NCBI GenBank assembly: GCA_964016885.1
Contig: OZ024744.1
Location: forward strand, 26,102,001-26,166,000
Length of the DNA stretch: 64,000 nucleotides
Origin: Eledone cirrhosa
Taxonomy: Eukaryota
Reading direction: 5' to 3'
Below the pieces are notes generated by a model. That model saw nothing but the letters and a program-made list of their open reading frames with translations, searched no databases and had not been told where the DNA came from. The translations under genes and the position numbers were made by a program. This document shows, piece after piece, positions 31,629 to 47,064 of this stretch (positions are counted from its first letter, which is position 1; each line of letters starts with the position of its first letter).

Positions 31629-31880
31629 AATACTTTGGAAGGGTCATGCTGCCAATAAAAACACACTCAATATGGTGAAGAACAAGACAAATGGGAAACA
31701 GAAAATAGGAAATCAGTCTAAAAATTTGTAATAAATTGAAGTGGAAACCAATAGGTGCGTGTGTTTTTATTGGCAGCATGAGCCTACCAAAATATAACAA
31801 TATCTGTTTTAACATTACGTTTTCATAGAAGATGTCTTGCCAGAAATGTTGCCAAACAAATAAAAAAATGAAGAGGATAT
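31622..31880. repeat. Foldback element between (TA)n runs
   Basis: Arms ~31622-31676 / 31747-31803 (CATGCTGCCAATAAAAACACAC / GTGTGTTTTTATTGGCAGCATG), then a ~75-bp tail. Confidence 0.75.
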
Positions 31881-31891
31881 ATATATATATA

Positions 31892-32035
31892 TAACAAAGG
31901 AAGTGAAATAAGGAACCAAATGGACCATAACGCACCAGAGTACTCAATACTTAGGGTAGTAGAGTGGGTAATAGAAAATGTTTAACCCCGACGGCAGAGC
32001 TCGTACCGTTTCGACGGCAAATTTTTCTGGACTCC
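31892..32035 (-). mobile_element. Solo 3' terminal fragment of the family-B Penelope-like pLTR
   Basis: Reverse complement of 42050-42185 (e.g. CGCACCAGAGTACTCAATA.TTAGGGTAGTAGAGTGGGTAATAG). Confidence 0.85.
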
Positions 32036-32093
32036 ATGTGTATACATTACATATATATATAATTATATACATATATATATATACATGTATATG

Positions 32094-32180
<87 letters not shown>

Positions 32181-32181
32181 C

Positions 32182-32266
<85 letters not shown>

Positions 32267-32522
32267 ATATATACACACATATATATACACGTACACGTGT
32301 ACTTATGGGTTATATCGAATATTAACAATAATACTCGATGTGTATATATATATATATACGTATGTGTGTGTGTGTGCGTGCGTGTTTGTGTATATATATA
32401 TGTATGTATTTATGTATGCATGTATGTATTATGTATATATGTATATATGTATGTGTGTATGTATGTACGCATGTATTGTCTCTATATACATATGTATATG
32501 TGTATTTATGTATGCGTGTAAG

Positions 32523-32581
<59 letters not shown>

Positions 32582-35500
32582 ATATTCATTAGTTAAGCAA
32601 AACAAGACCGCATATTTCATAAGGAAGACACTAGTAAAAGATTGTTAACATAGTTTTAGTTTAATGTAAGGAATGTAGAGAATAATAATAATAATAATAC
32701 TAATAATGTCCGTTTACAATTGTCTCGCTACTCCATATAATGTTTCTGGATCAAATGATTATAGATCATTATTGATCTGGTTCAGTTGAAGATAATTAAC
32801 TTAGGTAAAATTGGAGCAGTTCATCGGAACTTCAAAACGAATATAAATTAAAATAAAGAATGTTACATGAATGTAATGTTCAAAGAACCCTCCATACAAT
32901 ATCCTGCTGGACCCTTTTGAGAAAGATCTATTTAACTTCGTCTGGAGCATTACATTCAAAAAGCATTATAGACACAAGAATAATTTCCTCACAAAATTAG
33001 CAACAACTATAAAACAATTTAAGGATAGCCACCTCTTACATGTTATGTCTGACAAAACCAAAAATCTATACACCATGACTCCTCAAACTTACAACTCTTT
33101 CCATCTTAAGGAACTTAAAAACTATTAAAAAAACTATACCCTCCAGTGTAAACTTACATAACCGAAAACGCCCAGGCTCTGGTTAAGGATTTTCATCTGG
33201 ATAGATTTATCCACCCTTATGTACCTACAACCCCTAGGTTTTCTCTCAAGGATCACAAAGCAAACTTTATTGAGAACCCATCTATTAGACTTATAAGCCC
33301 AACCACATCTGATTTGGCTCGAATCAGTAAGAACATCCTCAATAGGATCATCCCTGGGCTACGAGATGATATGACATGCAAGCTGTGGTCCAGCACCCGC
33401 CAAGTCATCAGATGGTTCTCCGATCTAAGGTCCAATGAATCTATGAGGTTCCTCCAATTTGACATTGACAGCTACTACGTTTCAATTACCCGGGCACTGC
33501 TTAACAAAACATTAACCCTAGCCAGCACCAACTCTGACAAAACCAATAACGAGATTTACATCATACTTATGGCTAGACAGACCATCATTGAATTCAACGG
33601 CTTATTCTGGACTAGAAAGGACATAGAAGACAACTTCGACATCACTATGGGCTCAAGCGACTCTGCGCAAATCACCGATTTAGTTGGAATCTACCTATTA
33701 CATAACATCAGAGCTGAAATGCAACCCTTGCAAGGCGGGATTTATAGGGACGACGCCCTATTTGCAGTCCACAATTGCACTAATCGAGGTATTGACTTGC
33801 TCAAAAAACAATTACATAGATTTTTTTAAATTAACGGTCTCTCTATCACCATCGAGCCGAACCATAAAGTAGCAAACTTCCTGGACGTTACCCTAGATCT
33901 TAACAATAAGTTATATTACCCTTATCATAAACCAGGTGAAATATTTACATGTATTAGCCCAAACTCTAACCACCCACCGGCATTCATCAGAGCAGTAATC
34001 AAATCGATCTCGTATACTATCCGCAAATGAGGAGATATTTATAAACCATGCGGCATATTATAATAAGGCTCTTTCTGAATCTGGTTATGAACAGTCCATT
34101 TACTACATACCTAAATACCATAACACAGCACTTGACCACAACCGGAATTTTAGCAGTAACAGCACTTATACAGAGAACCTTAATGGTGGCAGAGGCCTAC
34201 TTCACACTCCAAGTAGCAAACTAAAAATCAACCCTAGAATAGGAATGAGCAATGGGATGACAAATAACAAATGCCCAGGTAATAATAACCCTATGAAGGC
34301 GCCTGCCAACTCCACTAGAACCCCTAGAAGGAATAGGCCTAGAAATATCACCTGGCTTAACCCCCCATTCTCATCTAACTTAGCCACTAATATCCTTAAA
34401 CGCTTCTTCTCTATCCTATATAACACCCTCCCTCCAACCATAGATATTACAAACTATTTAATAAAAGCAACATTAAAATCTCATTCTCCACAACACCTAA
34501 CCTAGCTAGCCACATCGCATTCAGTAACCATCATAAACTAAGGCTGTATAACTCCCGCACCGCAGTACCACCACCACCCTCAAATACACCATACCACTAC
34601 ACCAATACTTACTCTAGTAGCATACCTCCCCCATCTAATCCTTCTAGCACGCACCAACCGCATAGTTTAAACAATCCTACTTTCACTAACCGCAGCAGTA
34701 ACTGCAACTGCCGTTACCCTAATGCATGCCCACTAAATGGACACGCCTTACATCCAATATAGTTTATAGGTACACAGTTAAAACAGCTTCGCATACCAGC
34801 TCCTATATTGGCTCTACCTCTAACCTTTTAAAGGTACGCTATAACGCGCACTCTTTTTCCTTCCGAGACCCTAGCAATAGATGTTCGACATCTCTAGCTA
34901 GGCTCATTAAAAACCTTAAATTAACCAACATTGAACACTCACTAACATGGGATATCTCGGCTAGGGCCCAAGCGTTCAATGGACGAAGAAACTCTTGTGA
35001 TCTCTGTCTTACCGAAGCATATTACATAACTCTATCACGACCTCTACCGATTAATGATAGAACGGAGGTAACTATTAGCTGTCAACAACGAAGAGCTAAT
35101 TCCTTCGCCAACAGAATATTGGACCCAACATAGTCATCTATTCCCACTTTTGCTTATAGCTAATAAGTTAAATAGTTATAGCTAACTTAGATAATTATAA
35201 GTTACCTCCCTTACATTGTCTCTCAATTAAACTCATTAGCACTTCTTAACTATTAACTACCCAAATTTCTAATTTCTCGAGGAGTTACTTCCCCTGAAAC
35301 CACCCTCTAATTAGTAAGATAAATATGTCCATTGGCGGCTATCCCGTTACCCATAGGCAGATCTCACATAATGCAGACTTGACAGAAGAATATTGCTCGC
35401 CTATGACAGAAATAGATATACCCAGGACTACATAGTGAAATACCAATATATGGAACATTACATTCATGTTACATTCTTTCTTTATTTTAATTTATATTCC

Positions 35501-35837
35501 TTTTGAAGTTCCGATGAGCTGCTCAAATTTTAACTAAGTTATTTATCTTCTACTGAACCAGATCAATAATGGTATATAATCATTTGATCCAGAAACATTA
35601 TATGGAGTAGCGAAACAATTGTAAACGGGCATTATTAATATTATTATTATTATTATCTACATTCCTTACATTAAACTAAAACTATATTGACAATCTTTTA
35701 ATAATGTCTTCCTTGTGAAATTTGTGGTTTTATTTTGCTTAACTAATGAATATTTCCAGCTCTATGCACCTAACCTCTGCATGAACCCAGCCACCTAGCT
35801 GCCTTCCACTGCATATTGCACATTGAGCACATGCCTT
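32582..35837 (+). mobile_element. Penelope-like retroelement P1 (Naiad-like), decayed, with inverted terminal pLTRs
   Basis: Frameshifted ORF ~32881-35133: SDKTKNLY, LKDHK, FLQFDIDSYY, FDITMGSSDSAQITDLVG, GGIYRDD, NPPFS, CNCRYPNACPL, NIVY..SYIGST..RYNAH, CDLC. Inverted arms 32582-32880 / 35455-35753; probable tail to ~35837. Confidence 0.93.
35508..35626 (+). ncRNA. Hammerhead-like motif in P1 pLTR, CCGAUGA (U4C) core with ~80-nt stem II insert
   Basis: GTT-CCGATGA-GCTGCTC..TGGAGTAGC-GAAA-CAATTG-TA-AAC with palindromic ACAATTGT. The antisense copy at ~32712-32830 also reads CCGATGA but has GAGA in place of GAAA. Confidence 0.65.
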
Positions 35838-37277
35838 AACTTTGATAACTTTGATAGGTTACGACCAGTATTGGCCCAGGCCATGTCTAACTTAATAGCA
35901 CCACCTGGCGAAGTCTTACAAATCAGTGTTTGGGCACCATGGCCCACTCGAGCAAAGACTTATTGTTTACGGAGGCATATCCGGATGTAGGAGGCTTATT
36001 CGAGATTTCTTGAAGGAATTTATCCAAAGACTTCTTGAACTTGATGGGGTCTGTCTATGCTTTGATGTCTCTTGGTGTAATGTTAAAGAGTGCAGGGACA
36101 AATGAGGTGAAATAATTGTGCCGCATTATTGTTATGTGATGCGAGTGAGATTTTTGTCGTGAGCGGATAGCACGGGGCTCAAGCCTTGGGTGTACACTAA
36201 AGGTGATGCCAACATCATCTGGGAAAACTCGATGGAATATTTTCCACATCATACAGATAATGTAGCGCTCACGGCGACGTTGGAGAGAATAAAGTTTGAG
36301 CTTTTCTAATCGACCCCAATAGCCAAGGCCTGTCATGCCATCTATCTTTTTTGTAATTGACCTTTGGGGTGCTTCAAATTTCGTGATACTTTGTTTCGTG
36401 TGGGGGTGACCACAGTGGACAACAGTATTGAAGGTCGGGCAGAAGTGGTGAAGAGAAGTATAATAGTGTGGATATCTCTCGACTGGAAAGTTCTAAGAAT
36501 CCAGGAACACATTCTGCGGGCCATATCAACTTTGCTGTTTATATGAGTGGTCCAGCTTATATTGTTGTCCACAATTACTCCCAGGTCTCTAATGTTATTG
36601 GATGCCACTGTGGTTTCACGCAAAGGAGGAGAGTATGGTAGTTTCAGGGCATCCTTTTTTCCAAAGTGGATTAATTCAAATTTATCCTCATTCAACAGCA
36701 TATTATTCATCTCTGCTCATTGGATAACAGCCAGTAGGTCTGACTGAAGGCAAGTCCGGTCACCCACCTCATTGATGACCCTTTGGAGCTTGGAATCATC
36801 TGCGAAGATTCTGATGTTGCTGTGTTTGATGATGTCAGTAATGTCATTAATGTAGATTATGAAAACAAGTGGTCCCAACACAGTGCCTCGTGGGACGCCA
36901 CTGCTGACTTTGGCAGGGCTCGATTCTACTCCTTCGACTACAACATGCTGGGTTCTGCCTGTCAGGAAGCATTTGATCCACTGTAGTAACCTTCCAGAGA
37001 CACCAACATTGAATAGTTTTTTCAGTAGAATCTTATGATCAACCCTGTCGAAGGCCTTGCTGAAGTCAAGGTAGATGACATCAGTGTTGGAGCCCTCTCC
37101 CAAGGCTCTCAAAACATCGTCAAAGTGATGCAGGAGCTGCGTTAGGCAGTCCCTTCCATTACGGAACCCATGTTGGTTGGAGTTCAGCAGGCCGTTGCTT
37201 TCAAGAAAGTGGGTTATTCGTGATCTCACCACCCTCTCAAATACCTTGATAATATGAGAGGTGAGTGGGATCGGACG
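35838..37277 (-). mobile_element. 5'-truncated CR1-type LINE (RT domain, decayed)
   Basis: NQHGFRNGRDCLTQLL, DVIYLDFSKAFDRVDH, SGVPRGTVLGPLVFIIYIND, IFADDSK, RDLGVIVD, LKLYSLQRRRERY. The 3' end has tandem ATCAAAGTT x2. Stops and frameshifts present. Confidence 0.93.
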
Positions 37278-37461
37278 TTAGTATATATATATGTATGTAT
37301 ATATGTATATATGTATATATATACATGTATGTATATATGTATATATGTATATATGTATATATATATATATGTCTCTCAGAGAGTGGGATTGGCTCAATGC
37401 ACAGTCTTTCCTCACTTTAAAAAATATCTTCACGCACAGGCATTGCACGATAGAATTAATT

Positions 37462-37558
37462 AATTGTTTCTACTTTTGGCACAAGGCCATCAATTCACCA
37501 GTGCATTACTGGTACTTTATTTTATCGACCCCGTAAGGATGAAAGGCAAAGTTAACCT
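37462..37558 (-). mobile_element. SINE 3' fragment
   Basis: TGTTTCTACTTTTGGCACAAGGCCA..ACTGGTACTTTATTTTATCGACCCCGTAAGGATGAAAGGCAAAGTTAACCT matches the 52895-53030 copy. Confidence 0.8.
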
Positions 37559-38429
37559 AATTAATAATTATTGATAATAGTATATCGTGCAATGGCCATA
37601 CTCGATAACCAGGGGCCAGCCATCATCATGTATATATGTATGTATATATGTATATATGTATGTATATATGTATGTATGTATAAATTTATATATGTATATA
37701 TATGTAAATATCTATGTATTTATGTATGCATGAATACATGTATATATATATATATATATATGTATACATGTATATATATACATATGTATTTATAGATGTA
37801 TATGTATGAACACATACATATACATTCCACTCATATTTTTCTCCCTTATTTCACCTCCACTCCCCCTTTTTACCATCTCATGTTCTATTTCTTCCATTTT
37901 TCTAATCATTTAAATATTGGAATATACTACGGAGCCAATGGAGGAATAATTCACAGACATTTGTACTTTAAAAGTATTCCTCTGGTACAATTATAGAACT
38001 AGCATTACACATTGCCGGTCATGTTTGATCCTTTGAGTGAGAAAGGTACGCCTTTCGCATATTTTGCAGTTGACATACTTTCATTTACAAGTCATATATG
38101 AGTTCAGATGCATCACTGATTTTTCGTTTTCTATTCTATCATACTCTACTCTGTAAGAGCATAGAGTGCTCAAATGGCATACCGCCTATGAAAGCATCTT
38201 AGCTACCATCAGGCACACACACACATATATATATATGCGTACACAAGCACACAAATAAACATACATAACTTTACTTTCTTTATTCAATAGAAAATCTGAA
38301 TCCTGACACCCCAGCGAACTAACCATATTTACTGAACCACCAGAACAATTCTCCCATCCCATTTCTCTTGACCATTATCTTTCACTTATCATAAAATTCT
38401 CTAAAAAGTCTACAGAATGGATTTCCAAA

Positions 38430-38655
38430 TAAGGGCGCGAAAATTTAATGAAAACTTGTTCACGTGACAGCCATAATTTCATTTATAACCAATAAAAAAA
38501 AAGCCTTCGTGAGCCCCTTTTTTCAAGTAAAAAGAAATTCAAACACTCATATATGAAAAAACAACCTGTGACAAACCTCTCCTCTTATTTGAAGAACTAT
38601 TGTAATGCGAACTGGCGCGAAATTTATTATAATTATTGACCAACCAATCAAATTA
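38430..38655. promoter_or_regulatory. Cluster of E2F / CCAAT / E-box / CHR-like motifs
   Basis: GGCGCGAAA in 38433-38442 and 38613-38622, TCACGTGA 38460, CCAAT 38489 and 38644, TTCAAA 38538, TTTGAA 38588. No linked gene identified. Confidence 0.35.
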
Positions 38656-38730
38656 CTTCTCGAAAAACCTGGCATTTCGAGCCACTTTTTCCATATAAAA
38701 CAAGTAACATTCAGAGACCAACCAGATGTG

Positions 38731-38937
38731 AGAAAAACCACAGACCGTCCATCTCAACTCTACTTTTGAAAAGCCGAAGAACTGCGAAACCGGTAAAGGA
38801 ACCGAATAAATATATCTATTTTTTTTAAAAATAAGACTCCAGTTGCATTTTCGATTTCATCTCTTTTTCTTTATACTTTCACTCGTGTAGGACACCGCGG
38901 TTATTTTTCAATTTGTAAAAAAAACCTCACTTTCTAA
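38731..38937 (+). mobile_element. Family A pLTR-like copy with hammerhead motif (38762-38799)
   Basis: Near-identical to 30460-30667 including the tail. Core TTGAAAA..GAAACCGGTA. Confidence 0.85.
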
Positions 38938-38966
38938 TATATATATATATACATATGCACACACGC

Positions 38967-42217
<3,251 letters not shown>

Positions 42218-42246
42218 CATGCATATTATATATATATTTATATATG

Positions 42247-42725
42247 ATAAAATAACAGGAGACTGGACTGGTGTAGATCCTTGAAAGGTTTATTATACTA
42301 TGATCATTTCAATGACCGGGTTGAGTATGAATCCGGTGATATCATCAGGTATTCAAAATACAACACTCGAGGGCGGCCTACTGAGGTAGAAGCTGCTAAA
42401 TGGTCGGTCGTGCTCTTGTCTCTGATTTTCAGCCCCATGGATTTTATCTGTTATATTCCTTTGTTATATTTTGAATACCTGATGATATCACCAGATTCCT
42501 ACTGAACACGGTCATTGAAATGATCATAGTATAATAAACCTTTCAAGGATCTACACCAGTCCAACCTCCTGTTATTTTATAATAATTAACTCCGTACTCG
42601 CACCACCAACTACACAAACGAAGACGGGTGAGTTGCATTATGTTGAATGCTCTCCATAATATTACATCGAGATTGACCATACAGAATGGTCAGTTCTATC
42701 CAGTGGTGAACCAACAAACCTAAAT
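42247..42725 (+). mobile_element. Foldback element with a hammerhead in each arm
   Basis: Arms ~42248-42362 / 42465-42580, tail to ~42725. Plus 42475-42532: ATAC-CTGATGA-..-GAAA-TGATCA-TA-GTAT; mirror copy on minus at 42295-42352. Confidence 0.82.
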
Positions 42726-42742
42726 ATATATCTATATCCATA

Positions 42743-42797
<55 letters not shown>

Positions 42798-42994
42798 TAC
42801 TAAAACTCTGCGATTGCTTGCTTGCTTGCGTACTTGCTTCTCTGTAATGCAATAAAGCCAAATGGGCACAGAATGGGAGAATATTTTGAAAGGAAGTTGA
42901 CTCTAAAATACGAATTCAAATGGAATAAAACAAATTTCTCCTAAATCGAAGGACGGGTTCCCGTGATATGGGGATTTTTGGGGTACTTTCATAA

Positions 42995-43058
<64 letters not shown>

Positions 43059-43234
43059 GGATAGGGATAGTGGTTGTGAGAGAGTAGATTGAAAGAGAGA
43101 CATAGAGAGAAGGCGAGGAGACAGGGAATGAGAATAAAAGAGAGAGCTGAGGGGTGTTGGTGTGTGTATATATATATATATATATAAATAGAATATTTAA
43201 GTATCGAGAGAGAGAAGAGATAAGCGATACATAT

Positions 43235-43720
43235 ATTTAGTAGCCAGTAGTTTGTGCAAATGTGCTCAATACTTGTGCCTACAGGGTTAAATATTAGAAG
43301 CGTTAATATCTAGCGGGCGAGAATATAAGCAGAGCGGTTACAAGTGTAATGAATACAAAGGAGTATGTACCGTTAAAACATGTTTATATAAACATGCACC
43401 TACGTACGTTTCGACCAAAAAGGGCTTCTCAGGGGCATAGAAAACAAAAAAAGTGATCAGTACGTGACCCAGGAGGGGTTTTAAGGTTAAATTTACATCA
43501 GTGTTCATTCTTCGTTTTTGTGGCAAAAACAACACACGTGCTTGAACGAAGAATGAACTCTGATGTAAATTTAACCTTAAAACCCCTCCTGGGTCACGTT
43601 CTGATCATTTTTTTTGTTTTCTATGCTCTTGAGAAGCCCTCTTTGGGTTAAACGGGCGTAGGTGCATTTTTATATAAACATGTTTTAACGATAGATTCTC
43701 CATTGTATTCATTACACTTA
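43235..43720 (-). mobile_element. Foldback element with hammerhead motifs in both arms
   Basis: Arms 43342-43516 / 43545-43719, tail ~43235-43341. Minus 43394-43438: ATGCCC-CTGAGAA-GCCCTTTTTGGTC-GAAA-CGTACG-TA-GGTGCAT. The plus copy at 43623-43667 has TTGAGAA. Confidence 0.82.
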
Positions 43721-44663
43721 TATATATATGTGTGTGTGCATGTATATATATATTGGAAAATGTGTGAGATCCTTGGTACAGTTAGGTATACTAGCAGAAA
43801 AACCACCTGACGGATGGTTTTCTACTAGCATGTGTAGTGTGTATATTGATATTATACGCAAGTATATATACATGTAGATGTGATACATCAAATAAAATCG
43901 TAATTGACAATATACACAGAAATTGAACGAAGACTACGTTACACTGTCGTCAGTAATCAGTAACGTAATCCATGACGATATTATATATGAACTGCATTAG
44001 GAGAAAATTAGTGACAGAAAATTAGTATGTTTATTTAAGCGATCGCCACCGGAAGTGTTGATATCACACACTCTCTCTTTCTATATATGTGGTAGTTGAA
44101 GTGATGGTGGTGGCGACGATATAGCGGAAGTGCAACTTTGAAAAGAAGTCAATTTTAATTTATTTATTTTTACGAAATTAATTTTGTTTACGAAATTTAG
44201 CAGATAAATTATGTAATATTCATTCGTTATTTATTCAAAGTGATCCAACTTATTTTACAAACGGGGTAAAAGAAAGAAAAACCGTACGCAGTCACGCAAA
44301 CCTTCCTTTATTATAGTTTAGATTTGAAAAAAGGAAACGAATGACTTCCCTTGCAGTGTTAAAAAATTTGATTTAATGTTATAATATTATAATATATATA
44401 TAAATAATTTTATAATATATATATATATATATATATAAATGAGTGTGTGTGTATATGTTTGTGTGTGTTTATGACCAGTGATTATAGATCACAGACACCC
44501 ATATTATACATACACACACATATATATATGGCCCTTCCAGTCTCATTTCACATTATATACATATCCGTGTATATTTTAATTATTTAAAAATTATTTTTAT
44601 TTGACATGATTTAATAAAAAAATTTTTGAATATTTTGAAAATCTAGAATATATATATATATAT

Positions 44664-45695
44664 TTCACATATATTTACCTAAACTGCGATTCTGTTTTTC
44701 TCTCTCTCTCTCTTACTGCTCCCTCGTTCTCTCTGTTTCTCCTACTTTGTTTCGCCCCCACTGTCATGTCAGTTAACTCTTCCTCACACTTCCACTCACT
44801 CACTCACTGTTTCTCCCCTTCTCACTTCACCCCGTTCGCGACGAATACAGTTTCCTTCTTTCTCACATTTGGATTCATCTCGAAAGGTCTTTTTTCTAAG
44901 CGCTCATATATTCACCTAGCTTATGCTAACAGAATAACTATGTAGCTTGTTCCCTTCCTCTCTACGGTTAGCTTTCCTCTTTGTTGTTTACTTGTCTCAC
45001 TCGCTTTACGCGTTTTAATTGTCCTAATAACTTAATTTAGTTATTATTGCACCGACGTGCGGTATATGATTTTTAATGCAATGAAATATCTATGATCGTC
45101 GGCAAATCGCTGATGAGGGACTCATTTTATAACATGTTATCCATGTGCAACCTGCAGTATTCTTCTCCCCATTTTTTCACATATATTTACCTAAACTGCG
45201 ATTCTGTTTTTCTCTCTCTCTCTCTTACTGCTCCCTCGTTCTCTCTGTTTCTCCTACTTTCTTTCGCCCCCTCTGTCATGTCAGTTAACTCTTCCTCACA
45301 CTTCCACTCACTCACTCACTGTTTCTCCCCTTCTCACTTCACCCCGTTCGCGACGAATACATTTTCCTTCTTTCTCACATTTGGATTCATCTCGAAAGGT
45401 CTTTTTTCTAAGCGCTCATATATTCACCTAGCTTATGCTAACAGAATAACTATGTAGATTGTTCCCTTCCTCTCTACGGTTAGCTTTCCTCTTTGTTGTT
45501 TACTTGTCTCACTCGCTTTACGCGTTTTAATTGTCCTAATAACTTAATTTAGTTATTATTGCACCGACGTGAGGTATATGATTTTTAATGCAATGAAATA
45601 TCTATGATCGTCGGCAAATCACTGATGAGGGACTCATTTTATAACATGTTATCCATGTGCAACCTGCAGTATTCTTCTCCCCATTTTTTCACATA
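44664..45695 (+). repeat. Head-to-tail direct repeat, 2 x 512 bp
   Basis: CACATATAT at 44666, 45178 and 45690. The units differ by only a few substitutions and the array is bounded by (TA)n. Confidence 0.95.
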
Positions 45696-45800
45696 TATAT
45701 ATATATATATATTCTAGACGATGCGTTCACTTCAACATTTAAAAAAAAAAATCATATATATATATATATACAGATATATATATATATATATATATATATG

Positions 45801-45925
45801 AACAACCACAAACCCTCCATCTCAATTCTACTTTTGAAAAGCACAAGAACTGTGAAACCGGTAAAGTAAACAAATATTTAAAAAAAGACCCCAGTTGGAT
45901 TTTCGATTTCAACTTTTTTTCCTTA
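45801..45925 (+). mobile_element. Diverged family A copy with hammerhead motif (45829-45868)
   Basis: TACTT-TTGAAAA-GCACAAGAACTGT-GAAA-CCGG-TA-AAGTA. Ends at the short-arm end point. Confidence 0.75.
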
Positions 45926-46049
45926 TATATATAAATTTTTTTTTTAGTATTAATCTCCCGGGTCTATCAATTAACTAGTTAATTCTATTAGACAATTGTA
46001 TTCGTTGCGTAATCAACTAACTATACTCATTGTTGGTCATATATATATG

Positions 46050-46712
46050 TACAGCAGCATAAGCTGGGTCACTCATATAAACAGCAAAGTTGACATGGCG
46101 CGCAGAATGTGTTCCTGGATTCTCAGAACCTTCCAGTCGAGAGATATCTACAATGTTATATTTCTCTTCTCCACTTTTACCCGACCCCACCATGAATACT
46201 GTTGTCCACTGTGGTCTCCCCACACAAAACAAAGTATCATGAAAGTTGAAGCACCCCAAAGATCAATTATCTAAAAGATAGATGGCATGACAGGCCTTCA
46301 CTATTGGAGACGATTATCTGCATGATGTGGAAAATATTCCATCAGCTTTGCCCAAATGATGTTGGCATCACCTTTAATGTATACCCAAGGCTTTGGCCCC
46401 GTGCTATGCGCCCACAACAAAAATCTCACTCGCATCTCATAACAATAATACGGCACAATTATTTCACCTCAATTAGCCCCGCCCTCTTTAACATTACACC
46501 AAAACACATCAAAGCAGAGACAGACCCCATCAACTTCAAGAAGTCTTTGGACAAATTACTTCAAGAAATTCCGGATAAGCCTTCTACACCCGGATAAGCC
46601 TCCTTAAACAATAACTCTCTGCTCGATTGGGTCATGGTGCCCAAACACTGATTTATAAGACTTCGCCAGGTGGTGTTATTAAGTTATACATGGCCTGGGC
46701 CATGTCTAACTT
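46050..46712 (+). mobile_element. CR1-type LINE 3' fragment, same family as 35838-37277
   Basis: HINSKVDMARRMCSWILRTFQSRDI and ICMMWKIFH are shared with the minus-strand copy. Internal deletion near 46305. Confidence 0.92.
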
Positions 46713-46918
46713 ATATATATATATATATATCTTTTACATACATATATATATATGTACGTCAATATTCATCTTTTTCCATTTCTCCGCGGGTTTTAACCCC
46801 ACTCTCAGTCTAAATAATTTTCTTTAATTTCTTTAGTTAAAATACGGCGATAGCTTACATTTATAATTTCAAACTCGCTCGCTGTTTCGAAAATATTCAT
46901 ACTTGATATATATATATG

Positions 46919-47012
<94 letters not shown>

Positions 47013-47064
47013 CACACACACACACATATATTAATAATAATAGTAATAATAATAATAATAATAA

